64,000 bases of DNA from Gekko japonicus (lineage: Eukaryota): contig NW_015163194.1 of the NCBI RefSeq assembly GCF_001447785.1, positions 1-64,000 of the forward strand, written 5' to 3'. The position numbers were made by a program, and so were the translations under genes. The notes below the pieces were generated by a model. The model was given only the letters and a program-made list of their open reading frames with translations. It was not told where the DNA came from and made no database searches. Shown in pieces: positions 24,654-37,803 of this stretch (the stretch's first letter is position 1; every line of letters starts with the position of its first letter).

Positions 24654-25029
24654 CAGGGCTTTTTTTGTAGAAAAAGCCCAGCAGGAACTCATTAGCATAA
24701 TAGGGCACACCCAACAGCAGGAACTCATTAGCATAATAGGCCACACCTCTGACAGCACAGCTCATTGGTGTATTAGGCCACACCCCCATGTTACCAGACG
24801 TGTGTTCATCCGGCCACACCCACCTTTTGCTTTTTATTCTGTTTACCTTGTTTGTAGTCCAAACCCAGGGCTTTTTTGTAGCAGGCCACACACCCCTAAA
24901 GTAGCCAATCCTAATGAGTTTCTGCTGTTGGGTGTGGCCTATTATGCTAATGAGTTCCTGCTGGGCGTGGTCAACTTGGAAGCCAGCCGGAACTCTGTTC
25001 CTGTGCGTTCCTGCCCAAAAATAGCCCTG
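24654..25029. mobile_element. hAT-type MITE with internal direct and inverted repeats (related ends at ~1407 and ~2796)
   Basis: TIR CAGGGCTTTTTT / AAAATAGCCCTG; perfect 8-bp TSD ctacacac. Confidence 0.88.
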
Positions 25030-25714
25030 CTACACACAATGCCATAAGATTTATTTATTTATTTATTTAACTTTTGGCTTATATACTGCTTGAACCCCGA
25101 AGGGTCTCTGAGCAGTTTACATATTATTTATAGTGCCTATCTAGAGCCACATTAACAGGGGAAGTGATTGCCTACCAGCACCCAGGCAGCAGAGCGGGCT
25201 CTTGTTATTGTTCGGCTTTTTATTCCGGCGGGCTTCAGCTGTTGATATTTTCCGGCGTTCTTCCTCCTGGCGCCATGGGGCTGGTCTTAGTTCAGCGGCT
25301 TCCCCCGGTGGTGCCTCTGATTGAGTGGAAATTTAGACTGGGGCAGGAAGCCTTTCTCCCTCTTATGTCACCCAGCAAAGCATCATTTTAGTTGATCCCA
25401 CACGATCAATGACTTTTGTGTTATATAATAACGCTCCACATATCTATCTGCCTTCTGTCTCTTCCTGAACCGTTTTACCATTGCAGATAGGAGAGATAAT
25501 GAGAAGGAGAAGGTAACAGGCCCTGTTGAAGGAATGGGTAAAGAGTCTTCCTCAAACATACCTTCCTGCCAGGAACTGAACAGGGAACTAGGACTTCTGT
25601 ACTTTGGTGTTGGAAAACTTGGGATTCGTTAGCTGATCCTCCTGTTGGAGTGGTAAGAACCACATCAGTCCAGACCCAGGTATGTTTGGCCATCAGTCCT
25701 GTTGCCCGCCCACC

Positions 25715-26335
25715 CCTTGAATGAAACACAACACAAGTTATGGGTTAAACTGGAAGTTTTATTTATACATAAGCTGATCTGCACCAATGCATTAAAGCAC
25801 AGGTTGCATTAGGCTTGCCATGCAAGCCTCCTGGCAGGGCAAACCCACCTTGGCTCAGAACTTCCAGACCTTACTAGTCATGGATCACACGCCAGTGCGT
25901 AGAGGGGAAGGAAGGGCACATTCCAGCCCATGGCTGCAAAGCCTTAAGGCTTGTCATATGCTCCCCCCACCCCGAAGAGGCCCTCAACTGAGTCACCCTG
26001 ACTGCCAAGCCTATAGGCACCCAGTATGAGGACCCCCCATCGTTTATATCTCAGGATGCTTGCCAATTCAGCATCCCTTCAACCCATGCTTCTCTTGCCA
26101 CAGAGGGGGTTAGCCTGGGTTTAACTACCCTCCCGCCAACCATGACCCTCCGGTCACCCAGGCCACTTTGCAGATCAGCTCGACAAAAGACCAATCCGGT
26201 AACTCCCACTGTACTTTAGAACAGGTGCAGCACTGAAAGCCTGACCCCGGGTGGAGACCGTTGCCACCAAGATGCATGACCATAGCCGGGGCGCCAACTG
26301 ACAATCATCTGGAGCCGCTGACCACTATACGGGTG
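25715..26335 (-). mobile_element. DIRS/Ngaro-like tyrosine-recombinase retroelement remnant
   Basis: Minus-strand PAMVMHLGGNGL resembles the HLGGNDL motif of the Ngaro SGNH-hydrolase domain; polyA signal near 25758. Confidence 0.45.
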
Positions 26336-26339
26336 ACCT

Positions 26340-28978
26340 CAATCCTTGTGCCACCTCCTGCAAATCAATCCAACATGCACCAGCACCGGTAATTGCTATC
26401 TCACAGCCCTCCAAGCCGTTCCAATGCCGCTGAGTGGGTACCAATGTAATCCACTCTACCATCTCTGCCACTCTGTCGGGTTCTCGGTCCTTCACCAATC
26501 ACGGACAGTGGGGTGGGAGGGAGGAGTGGCTTTATTTATCCAGGAGGCTTACTCCTTCAGGGTGCTCCCACCGTTGAAGCTTGAGGATATTGAGTGCTCA
26601 GGCCTGATGTGGGAAGCCAGGGAGAGTTTGGCTATTTGGCTGGTGTACTGTCTGCCTAATGCACCAACCAACAGCCTGCCATCTCTGGTTGAGGCAGTGT
26701 TGGGCTGGGCATTGGAGTACCCTAGGCTGATAGTCTTGGGTGACTTCATAAAAACATAAGAGACGCCAATGTTGGATCAGGCCAAAGGCCCATCCAGCCC
26801 AACACTCTGTATCACACAGTGGCCAGAAATACCAGTGCCATCAGGAGGTCCACCAGTGGGGCCAGGACATCAGAAGCTCTCTTACTGTTGACCCCCCCAA
26901 GCACCAAGAAGACAGAGCATCACTTGCCCCAGAGTCCTTATCTATACCTTGTGGCTAATAGCCACTGATGGACCTCTGCTCCATATGCTTATCTAATTCC
27001 CTTTTGAAGCCGTCCATGCTTGTAGGACTTCAATGTCCATGCCGCAACGATGCGGCCTCAGTACCAGTGATGGACCTGGTGTTGTCCATGGTGGTGCTAG
27101 GACTCACCCAACTTGTAAAGGCCCCCACTCATCGGGCCGGGCATACGCTCGACCTGATCTTCGCAGCAGGGGTTACTGTGGACTGGATCACTGCCTTGGC
27201 AGTGCCATGGTTGGACCACCTTGCCCTGAAGGCCCCGGTGAATGTGTCACCCCAACCCTGTTTGGAGCCAAATGGACCCTCAGCGGCTCCAGATGTCTCT
27301 ACGGGATCCTATGCCCCCTGGTGACTCATTTGATGAGCTTGTTGAGGACTGGCACAGTTGGCTCTTGCCAGCCATCAACAAGATTGTTCCCCGATGCCCT
27401 CTGCACCCTCGCTCAAAGCTCCGGCTGATGAAGCGAGGGCTTAGACGGTTAGAGAGACGGTGGCGGCGCACCCGCGAAGAAGCAACAAGAGCACCGTATA
27501 GGACATTTATGAGATCCTATGAGGTAGCAATCAAAGCCGCAAAGAGACAATTCTATGCGACCATGGTTGCGTCTGCTAGCTCATGCCCAGCACAATTATT
27601 TAGAACCATTCGGTCATTAACAGAGCTGCTGCAGGGCAGACCAAATGTTAGGGAATTGGATATCAGCTGCGAGGCTTTTGCGAGCTATTTTGCAGATAAA
27701 GTCCTGCTGCTCTGCCGTGACGCTTCTGCCAGTATCTCCCTGCCACACTTTAGACAGTGAGCGAACTCGAGGCTCCATGCACGTCTTCTGGTTTTATTCT
27801 GGATTTTTTCAGTCCACTCAGTCTTGAGGAAGTCGACAGATTGCTCTCAACGGTATGCCCAACCATGTGCATCCTTGATCCGTGCCCTTCATGGCTTATA
27901 AAAGCTGGCCATGAGGGGTTATGAGGTGCCCTCAGGGTTATTATCAACAAGTCCTTTGCCGAGGGACTGTTCCCGGGGGCACTCAAGGAAGTGATGGTCT
28001 GCCCTCTCTTGAAAAAAAACCCATCTTTGGACCCAACTGAATTGGCCAACTCTTGGCCGGTCTCCAATTTGCCCTATTTGGGCAAATTACTTGAGAGAGT
28101 GGTGGCGATTCAGTTGCAGAGCTTTATGGATATCACTTCCATGCTAGACCCATTTCAGTCCGGCTTCTGGCCAGGTTATGGGACTGAGACAGCACTGGTT
28201 GCACTCACAGATGACCTCCAGGGGCGTCTGGATCGTTGCTGTTGCTGTTAGATCTGTTGGCGGCATTTGACACCATCGAACATCAGCTACTGATCCACCA
28301 CCTTGCCGACACTGGGATCCAGGGGCTTGCCTCGCAATGGCTTGTCTCCTTTCTCCAAGGTTGGGGACAGAGGGTGGTGTTAGGGGAACAGACATCCCAG
28401 AGGTACTCACTGGCTTGCGGGGTTCCTCAAGGGGTGGTACTGTCCCCGATGTTGTTTAACATCTACATGCGCCCCCTTGCCCAGATTGCCCAGAGCCATA
28501 GGCTTGGGTGCCATCAATATGCCAATGGCACCCAGCTATATCTGCTGTTGAGCGGCCAGTCTGACTCTACCCCAGATGACCTGGAGCAGGCGCTTTGTGA
28601 CATGGCGGGCTGGCTTAGACTGAGCCGGCTGAAATCGAATCCAATGAAGACAGAGGTCCTGTGCCTGAGTACAGTGATACATGCTTTGGTCACCTTGAGA
28701 TTAGACTACTGCAATGTTCTCTACATGGGGCTGCCCTTGTCTCAGATCTGGAAGCTGCAGCTAGTGCAAAATGTGGCAGTCAAGCTGTTGATTGGTCTCT
28801 CTATACGGGACCACATCCAGCCTGTGCTGAAGGCACTGCACTGGCTGCCAATAGCATACTGGATCCGCTTCAAGGTGCTGGTTGTGATCTTTAAAGCCCT
28901 ATATGGTCAGGGACCTGCCTACTTGAGGGACCGTCTTTCCCCACATGTGCCCCAGAGAGCACTGAAGTCAGGAACTGA
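26340..28978 (+). mobile_element. L2-clade LINE, degenerate ORF2 (endonuclease plus RT) with internal deletions
   Basis: Motifs GGVALFI, LIVLGDF/NVH, PTHRAGHTLDLIF, PVSNLPYLGKLLE, FQSGF..GYGTETAL, LDLLAAFDT, GVPQG.VLSPMLFNIYM, RLDYCN, LHWLPIAYWIRFK. Confidence 0.9.
26749..27025 (-). mobile_element. CR1 3' fragment nested in the L2, 7-bp TSD
   Basis: CR1-type tail (aacataag on +); TSD gacttca at 26742..26748 and 27026..27032, splitting the L2 GDFN codons. Confidence 0.8.
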
Positions 28979-29286
28979 GCCACAGCACCTCTCCACTAAC
29001 TTTCGCTCAGGTACTCAGTTATGCACATCTGTATAGGACCACGTTTCTGTGCATTTGCCCAGCATTTAATAGGAATCGTAACAGGAACAATCACAACAGC
29101 AGTATAAACAATATCTTTATAATGACGAGATCTATAGCAGTCTTTATACAGATCAGGAAACATAAATGAAAAATCAGTCTTTGAGAATACACTGGTAAAA
29201 AGGACCATCTCTCACACAACCTTTGCTGATTGATTGCCCTGAACAACAAAAATATAGAGATTCGTGTATTATTTCCTTTGATTGTC

Positions 29287-30214
29287 CTATATGATCCTGT
29301 TCTTTTTCAAGAGCCTGGTCATTGCTTCCTTTACCTGATCATTCTTGAGACAGTAGATCAGAGGATTAAACAGAGGGGTAACAGATGAGTAGAAAAGAGT
29401 CACCACTTTGGTGACCGTGGCATGGCTCTCCCCATTGGGTACGGCATACATAGCTGCCACAGAGCCAAAGAAAAGGGTCACCACTGCTAGGTGTGAAGAG
29501 ACCGTGGAGAAGCCCTTGCCACGGCTACTGTGGCTAGAGGCTTTCACCAAGGTGACACCTACAAATCCATAGGACACAACAATGAAGACGAAGGTGGCCC
29601 GCACCCCAGAGGAGACAATGAACTTGAAGAGGGGGGCAAGATACCCTATAGGAGAGCAAGCCAAGGCTAGAATGGGGCCAGGGTCACAAAGGAAGTGGTC
29701 AATAATGTTGGGACCACAAAAGGACAGCCTGGAGATCAAAACCACTGGTACAACATACACCACAAAACCAATAATCCAACAAGCAGCCACTAGAGCATAT
29801 CAAGAGTTTGGGGACATAATGTAGATGGTGGCAGATGGCCAAATACCAATCCAAGGCCATGGCTGAGAGGAAGTAACATTCGGTGCAGCCGAGTGAGAAG
29901 AAGACATATAACTGGATGAAGCAGGCATGGAAGGAGATGACCCCGTGTGTGAAAGACAGGTCAAAAAGCATTCTCGGCACAGTGGCAGTGAGATAGCACA
30001 TCTCCAAGAAGGAGAAGTTCCCCAGCAGGATGTACATGGGAAGGCGGGACAGATGAGAGTCTTGAATGACTATCATGATGATAATGAAGTTCTCAGCCAA
30101 AGTGAGGGTGTAGATAGCTGTGAACAAGGCGAAAAGCAGCATTTGTCCCTGTTGTCCCACGCTGAAGCCCAGCAGAATGAATTCCTGGACCACAATCCTG
30201 TTGACTAGCTCCAT
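29287..30214 (-). pseudogene. OR11-like olfactory receptor pseudogene (11-bp deletion frameshift)
   Basis: Split into ORFs 29699..30292 and 29287..29790. It spans 928 bp versus 939 bp for the intact paralog at 40289..41227. Eleven bp (cttggggtatt in the paralog) are missing at ~29820, and MALDR is changed to MALDW. Confidence 0.92.
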
Positions 30215-31433
30215 GTGGAATGCACCATCAGTCTGCGAGGAGGCTAATCGCTCACTGTCCATTGCTAAGGTGCTCCTTCTGACGTTTGGCATAGATGAAG
30301 CACGTGCTGGGAATAGTATAGTTTGGGTTTAGCATACGGCATGCAAGTGCTGCTGGGGGAAAGGATGGCTGCTGTTAAAAGAACCATTTATAGGCAAAGA
30401 CCAATCTGCATAACAGGAAAGCCAAAACGTCTGTAGTTTTCCACATTGAACCTAAGAACCTAAGAAGAGTCTTGCTGGATCAGACATATGGTCCCTCTAG
30501 CCCAGCATCCTGCCTCACACAGTGGACAACCAGTTCCTCTGGAGGGCCAAAAACAGGGCATAGAGGCCGAGGCTTTCTCCTGATGTTGCCTTCCAGCTCT
30601 GGGATTCAGAGACTTAGTGCCTCTGAACGTGGAGGTTTCCCTCAGTCACTGATAGATTTATCCTCCATGAATCTATATAATTCCCTTTTAAAACTGGCAG
30701 CGGGTGTTCCTTCTCTGGCAGTGGGTGTTCTATCATTAAATGATGTGAATTAGACTGGTTATGGGGATTTCAATTTTGCATATGCGATTCTTTCAAGTAA
30801 AACCTTTCCATTCCAACATGTTCCTAGTTCACAATACAAGAATACCTACTAAGGACCTGAGGACAGTTCTGACAGAACCATGCCATACTAAGTGATCCTT
30901 ACTATGTCCTCTTTCTTAAAAACATGCTTTGCTGGACCAGCACGAATCCCCTCTAAGCCACAGTAGTTTTCAGAAATCACAGCAATTGGTGGATCACAGG
31001 AAACTATTGATTGGTTCCCCAGTGGACCATCAAATGCCTTCTATGGTCTTTTAGACTGCAAGTTTGGTAATGAGAAACCAGCAGTATCTTCTCTTCTCGG
31101 GAAGCAGAAATCAATTTTTTTCAGAACTTTCTTGCATACTAGCCAATGGGCAATCATCACCCTCTCAGACCACCAAAGCCACCCCCTTCTGCTTTGGTAA
31201 TAATCCACGTTCCTGTACCTCTGTAATGCACAGACAGCTGCTCCCACAGTCAAGGGCATGAGGAAGTCACAGTACCAGCATATGAAGGGTGATGTATTAT
31301 TCCTTGTGTCAAACCCCAGGCTTCAATCTCATTTGTGTAGAGTGCACTGTTGGGTAGACAGCACTGTTGGATGCATGTGAAGATTTCTTATGAGTTCCCA
31401 CATGAAGGCCGAACAATGGTTTTGAAAGCTTTG

Positions 31434-31560
31434 TAGAAGCTTTCCTCCAGGAAATTAATGGCCCTTGGGACCTTATTTGTGGAAGGCTGCTCTGCTTTTC
31501 ATCTAAACAAGATGGTCTCCTCAGAGACCAGTTGCCCTATCAGAGAACTAACAATTTACA
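31434..31560 (-). promoter_or_regulatory. Putative OR promoter module with composite TAATGG-CCCTTGGGA site
   Basis: Composite site at 31456..31470, conserved block at 31506..31560, candidate donor at 31217-31218. Confidence 0.65.
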
Positions 31561-32499
31561 AAGCCTCCTCCCACCTCACAGTACTGTTTGTGAGTCTTCA
31601 GGTCAGATGGATGGAATGTTTTAAGTCGTGTCCTTCTAAAGCCAGCAGCCTATGATCTTCAAGTAAAATCCATTCTCTCAACTAAACCAAACTTGGTGCC
31701 CTATAGTAATTTTTACAGTCAGGTACTCCAGATCCAGCATTATCTTTCACATCCTTCAAGGCTTTCAATTTAATTCTTGGCTTTTCCCCTTGCCATATAA
31801 ATAACAGTGCTTCAGAGCAGGGTCCAGCCTCCAAACCAGCCATTTCTTCCTGGGTAATTTAACCATTGTTTCCAGTCTCCAGGTGGGGGCTGGAGACCAC
31901 TCAAAATTACAACTGCTCTCTAGGAGGGAGGGGGAGGAGATGGAAAGCTGAAATCAGAGGGACAGATAAAGGTAGGTTGGTTGTTGGCTGGGAAGGAGAT
32001 AGGGTTGCCACCTCCAGGTTGGGAAATTCCTGGATATTTGAGGGGTGGAGCCTGGAGAGGGTGGGGTTTGATGAGGGGTGAGACCTCAGATAGGTACAAT
32101 GCCATAGTCTCCCCTCTCCAAACCAGCCATTTTCTTCCTGGGGAACCATAGCTGCCAATGTCCAGGTGAGGTAGCAAAGATCAGTTCCTCTGGAGAAAAT
32201 GGTGGAGTCTGTGTCATTATACACTGCTGAGGTTGCCACAGCAAATTGATGCTGAGTGCACCCGCCCACAGCCTCTTTCTAGAGCTCATTGTATTTATTT
32301 TCACAACAGGCCTTATTCCTAGTAGGCTACAATGGAGAATTGATCCAGGACTATCTGGAGCTCTGGGGGTGTGTTTCTTTTGAGGTAGAGGCACCACATT
32401 TGCAGCATTGTTTCCAATTGAGGGAAAATGCATTAATATGATCAGAACATTAAATTCCCTGAGCCGGCAGCTAAATTTTTTTACACCAGCACCCCCTAG

Positions 32500-33065
32500 C
32501 ACAGCTTAGAGGGAATTATGGTACTAACCCAATTCTTTTGACCGGTGGTGGCCAAAGATGTCCAGGACTTCTGTAAGACCTGTGAGGTGGGCCAGTCCCC
32601 TCTCTCCCCCTTTACCCATCATCCACACTTCTTTTGGTCAAGTCACTATGGACTTTGTAGGCCCCCTCCCCTGCACACCTTGGGACTCCCAACGTCTATT
32701 CATGCTGATGGACTATGCCACCCATTACCTTGAGGCCTTTACCCTTTGGAACATGAAAAGTGCAGGGGTGGCTAAGGCCCTAATGCATTTCTCTGCCCAT
32801 GTGAGCTTACTGCAGGACACTCTAATGGATAGAGGGACTTTGTTAAGTTTTACAGATCTGCCAGATCTTCATCACCATACACCATCCTCAAATGGATGGA
32901 CTGGTGGAATGTTTGAACCAAATCATAAAATCAATGCTGAGGAAGTTAGCATGTGAATGGCCAACTGCATGGGACCTTTATATCGACACTTTGATGTTTG
33001 TGATCCGGGAAGCCCCACAGGCCTCCATGGGGTTCGCCTGGTTCAAATCCGTGTATGGGAGAAAG
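32500..33065 (+). mobile_element. Gypsy-type integrase remnant (duplicated at ~38620..39185)
   Basis: Motifs KDVQDFCKTCEV, MDFVGPLP, MDYATHY.EA, HPQMDGLVE.LNQ.IKSML, REAPQASMGF; frameshifted. Confidence 0.8.
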
Positions 33066-33740
33066 CATAGAATTTGGTGCAACAGTGGGACCAGAACTCT
33101 AGAAGCAATCCCACTGTTGCCCCTGAAGCACCAAGAATACAGAGCATCACTGCTCCAGACATAGTGTCCCATCTATTCCTTGTGCCTAAAAGCTACTGAG
33201 GGATCTGTGCTCCATATGTTTATCCAATCCCCTCTTGAAGCTGTCCATGCTTGTAGAAGCCACCACCTCCTGCAGCACTGAATTCCCTGTGTTACTGTCT
33301 ACTCAGACTGGCAGCAGCACTCCAGGGTCTCAGGTAGAGGTCTGTCACATCACCCAGTGCCTGGTCCTTTTAACTGGAGATGCTGGGAACTGAACCTGGG
33401 ACCTTGTGCATGCCAAGCAGATGCTGTACCACTGAGCCACTGCCCCTCTCCACTAACATTTGCCCAGCTACTCAGGAATACACATCTGTATAGGAACACA
33501 TTTCTGCGCATTTGTCCACGATTTAATAGGGATCAAAACAGGAAGAATAACAACAGCAGTATAAAGAATATATAATGTTCAGATCTGAAGTAGTCTTCAT
33601 ACAGAACAGAAACATAAATGAAAAACCAGTCTTTAAGAATGCACTAGTAGAAAGGACCATCACTTGTAGAATGTTTGGTAACTGATTGCCGTAGAATCAT
33701 GTCTTATTTATAGAGTCATGTATTATTTCCTTTGATTTTC

Positions 33741-34703
33741 CTATATGATCCTCTTCTTTTTCAAGAGCCTGGCCATTGCTTCCTTTACCTGATCATTCCT
33801 GAGACAGTAGATCAGGGGGTTAAGCAGAGGGGTAACCGATGAGTAGAAAAGAGTCACCACTTTAGTGACTGTGGCATGACTCTCCCCATCGGGACCGGCA
33901 TACATAGCTGCAACAGAGCCATAGAAAAGGGTCACCACTGCTAGGTGGGAAGAGACTGTGGAGAAGCCCTTGCCGCGGCTACTTGGACTAGAGGCTTTCA
34001 CCAAGGTGACACCTACAAATCCATAGGACACAACAATGAAGAGGAAGGTGGCCAGCAGCACAGAGGAGACAATGACATGGAGAAGGGTGGCAACATACCC
34101 TACAGGAGGGCAAGCCAAGGCTAGGATGGGGCCCGGGTCACAAAGGAAGTGGTCAATAGTGTTGGGACCACAAAAAGACAGCCTGGAGATCAAAACCCCT
34201 GGTACAACATGTGTCAGAATACCAAAGATCCAACAAACAGCCACTAGAACATAGCAAGAATCTTGGGACAGAGCATAGCAAGAATCTTGGGACATAATCT
34301 TGGAGTATTGCAGAGGGCGGCAGATGGCCAAATACCGATCCAAGGCCATGGCTGAGAGGAGCAACAATTCAGTACAGCCGAGTGAGAAGAAGACATAAAA
34401 CTGGATGAAGCAGGCATGGAAGGAGATGACCCCGTGTGTGAAAGGCAGGTCAAAAAGCATTCTCGGCACAGTAGCAGTGACATAACAGATCTCCAGGCAG
34501 GAGAAGTTGCCCAGCAGGATGTACATGGGAAGGCGGGCCAGGTGAGAGTCTTGAATGACCGTCATGATGATAATGAAGTTTTCAGCCAATGTGAGGGCAT
34601 AGATAGCTGTGAACAAGGCAAAAAGCAGCATTCGCCCCTGTTGTCCCACGCTGAAGCCTAGCAGAATGAACTCCTGAACCGTGGTTCCATTTACTAGCTC
34701 CAT
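33741..34703 (-). CDS. Olfactory receptor, OR11-like, 320 aa, with in-frame 8-aa duplication in intracellular loop 2
   Basis: Full set of OR motifs. SQDSCYAL-SQDSCYVL results from a 24-bp tandem repeat at 34246..34293. Confidence 0.92.
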   Translation of the reverse strand: MELVNGTTVQEFILLGFSVGQQGRMLLFALFTAIYALTLAENFIIIMTVIQDSHLARLPMYILLGNFSCLEICYVTATVPRMLFDLPFTHGVISFHACFIQFYVFFSLGCTELLLLSAMALDRYLAICRPLQYSKIMSQDSCYALSQDSCYVLVAVCWIFGILTHVVPGVLISRLSFCGPNTIDHFLCDPGPILALACPPVGYVATLLHVIVSSVLLATFLFIVVSYGFVGVTLVKASSPSSRGKGFSTVSSHLAVVTLFYGSVAAMYAGPDGESHATVTKVVTLFYSSVTPLLNPLIYCLRNDQVKEAMARLLKKKRII

Positions 34704-34950
34704 GTAGAAAGCACCATCAGTCTGTGAGGAGGCTAATCACCCACTGTTCATTGCTAAGGTGCTCCTTTTGATGTTTTGCATAGATGAAGCACCTGCTGGG
34801 AATAGTGTAGTTTAGGTTTAGTATATGGCATGCAAGTGCTGCTGGGGGAGAGGATGGTTGCTGTTAAGAGAGCCATTTATAGACAAAGACCAAAGACTAA
34901 TCTGTATAACAGGGAAGCCAAAACGTCTGTTGTTTTCCCCACTGAACATA

Positions 34951-35489
34951 GGCCGCGGGCACACGGGCAGGAAAATGTGGGGGGGAAGCGTGGCTGTTTG
35001 CTCCGAGGCAAAATAACGTGCGGTTGCACCAGCAGACGTACCGTGGAGGTCCCGTGGAGGTCCCATGGAGGTCCCGTGGTAGGGGGGAGATGCCGAGCAC
35101 ACCACAATCCTGCGCCGCGGCAAAGAAGCGGCGCGGTGCAGTGCGGCAAACGGGTGTTTTTTTCCCCAGACACCAAAGTGTGCACATGCCCCGTTGGGTG
35201 CTCATGCGCATCCCATGGACAGTTGAAAAAAAACAAACCTTTATACAAGGGGGCATGGGCGGGCGCCAGAACTACCACCAGAAACGCAATCAGACATCCG
35301 TCCTTGCCCCGCGGTTACCGGAAACTAGTACCTCCGAGGTACTAGTTTTTAACCGCGCATCTTTGGCGGGAAGCCTCGGGTTCGCCACGGGAGCTCTACG
35401 CTTCCCAGATGTGGTGGTGAGATCGCGCCCGAAACATCCACCTATCTTCCGTCTCTCTAGCATGCCTAATGCTCCATGTGACCGCAGCC
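34951..35489. mobile_element. PIF/Harbinger-type MITE (relatives at 41932..42244 and ~23247..23630)
   Basis: GGCCGCGGGCACAC...ATGTGACCGCAGCC termini, ATA TSD, absent from the matching site in sister units. Confidence 0.75.
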
Positions 35490-36477
35490 ATAATAACCTA
35501 AGAAGAGCCCTGCTGGATCAGGCTGGTGGTCCATCCAGCCCAGCTTCCTCTCTCTCACAGTGGACAACCAGTTCCTCTGGAGGGCCAACATCAGAGCATA
35601 GATGCTGAGGCATTCCCCTGATGTTGCCTCCCGCCTCTGGGATTCAGGGGCTTAGTACCTCTGAACATGGAGTTTCCCCTCAGTCACCATGGCTAGTAGC
35701 CACTGATAGATTTATCCTATGTGAATCTATATAATTACCTTTTAAAGCTGTTTGTTCCTGTGGCCATCACGGCATCTTCTGACATTGGGTGTTTTATCAT
35801 TAAATGTTATGAATTAGGCTGGTTATGGAGATTTCATTTTTGCATTTCCTTCCTTGTAAAACCTTTCCTTTCCAACTAGTTCACAATGCAATAATACTTA
35901 CTCAGGACCTGGGAACAGGTTCTGGCACAACCATGCCATGCTAAGTTATCCTTACTACATCGTCTTTCTTAAGAACATGCTTTGATGGACCAACACTAAA
36001 CCCATCTAGTCCACGGTAATTTTCGGAAATCACAGCAATTGGTGGATCATAAGTAACTGTTCACTGGTTCCCCAGTGGACCATCAAATGCCTTCTATGGT
36101 CTTTTAGACTACAAGTTTGGTAATGAAAAATCCAGCAGTATTTTCTCATCTCTGGAAGCAGAGATTAAAAGCTTTCAGACATTTCTTGCATACTGACCAA
36201 TGAGCAACCATCACCGTCTCAGATCCCCTCTCCCACCCCCTTCTGCTTTGGTAATGATCTATGTCCTGTACCTCAGTAACACGCAGACAGCTACTCCCAC
36301 AGTCAAGGGCATGAGGAAGTCACGGTACTGGCATAGGGCCATGTGTTATCCCTTGGCTCAAACCCCAGGCTCCGATGTCATTTGTGCAGAGGAGAGACAA
36401 GTGACTGCACTGCTGGATGTGTGTGAAGATTTCTTATGGGTTCCCACATGAAGGCCAAACCCTGTTTTCAAAGCTTG

Positions 36478-36604
36478 GCAGAAGCTTTCCTCCTGGAAAT
36501 TAATGGCCCTTGGGACCTTGTCTGTGGAGGGCTGCTCTGCTCTTCTTCTAAACAAGATGGTCTCCTCAGAGACAGTTGCCCTATCAGTGAACTAATAATG
36601 TACA
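36478..36604 (-). promoter_or_regulatory. Putative OR promoter module with composite TAATGG-CCCTTGGGA site
   Basis: Composite site at 36501..36515; candidate donor at 36270-36271. Confidence 0.65.
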
Positions 36605-37345
36605 AAGCCTCCCCCCACCTCAGAGTACTGTTTGTGAGTCTCCGGATCAGATGGATGGAATCATTACCTTTTTTGCTATGGCGCTAGTTGGGCTGCAGTA
36701 GACGTCTCATCTTAATTTCTACAGAATGTGAAATATTGTTTGCGAATATTGTTCTTTGCTTGCCTAATGAATATTTGGCGGAGTTGGTATGGAAACACCG
36801 GAAAAGAGATCCAAAATCATATTTCCCATTCTTCTTCCTTTTCCCCCTTACTTTTCCTTCCCTTTCCTCTCATAATTACCTCCTGCATCTTCCCCACATT
36901 CTTATAGCATCATCATTATCACCACCACCAGCTGCTGCCAGTTCAAGTAGAGACTACTCATCTGGATGCATTAATGGTCTGATGTAGTATAAGGCAAATT
37001 CATGTCTTCCTCTGGTGAAAGTCTGCACATATCTGGTACTGAATAATGGACTGGACAGCAATTCAGTCTAATACAAAGAATGCCAACAGAGAGTAATGTT
37101 GCACCGCTTTTTTTTTGGTGAGATTTAGTTTTGCTCTGAAAATGACGTGGTCTTGGAGGGCAGACATTAAAAAGTGCCATATTCAAACAGAACATGTAGC
37201 TGCTCATATGACAATGTTGAAATTATTGAACATGTGATCATCGAGTGTTATATTTTTACAAGTTGAGTGCCACTTTGATTACTCTTTTATTTAAATATAC
37301 AGAAATGCTGAATGAGGCATTTGAAGACACGAGGGCACAGGTGAT

Positions 37346-37803
37346 AAGAACATAAGAGACGCCAATGTTGGATCAGGCCAAAGGCCCATCCAGTCCAATA
37401 CTCTATCACACAGTTGCCAAAAATACCAGGTGCAATTAGGAGGCCCACCAGTGGGGCCAGGACATTAGAAGCCCTCCCACTGTTGCCCCCCCCCCAAGCA
37501 CTAAGAAGACACAGCATCACTTGCCCCAGAGCCCCTATCTATACCTTGTGGCTAAAAGCCACTGATAGACCTCTCCTCCATATGTTTATCTAATTCCCTT
37601 TTGAAGCCGTCCATGCTTGTAGCCACCACCACTGTGGCAGTGAATTCCCTGTATTAATCACTCTTTGGGTGAAGAAGTACTTCCTTTTATCCGTTCTAAC
37701 CCACCCGCTCAACAATTTCATTGAGTGCCCACAAATTCTTGTATTGTGAGAAAGAGAGAAAAGTACCTCTTTCTCTACCTGCTCTATCCCATGCATAATC
37801 TTA
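37346..37803 (-). mobile_element. CR1 LINE 3' fragment (further fragments at ~30450-30690, 33080-33290, 35497-35770, 39200-39410, 41450-41730, 57474-57780, 58480-58725)
   Basis: RT C-terminus GHSMKL..RTDKRKYFFTQRVIN and a (cttatgtt)n-type tail. Confidence 0.85.

Noticed and set aside
24654-25029. Short repeats with intervening sequence, superficially CRISPR-like
   Set aside because: They are subterminal repeats of a hAT MITE with TIRs and a TSD. The context is eukaryotic and there are no cas genes.
32558-33164. Possible domesticated integrase gene, present in two identical copies
   Set aside because: It is frameshifted with internal deletions, and the identity reflects duplication of the whole block rather than selection.
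34818-35608. Overlapping 100-196 aa ORFs in a GC-rich patch (also 23164-23719)
   Set aside because: They fall within Harbinger-type MITEs, where high GC suppresses stop codons, and show no recognisable domain.
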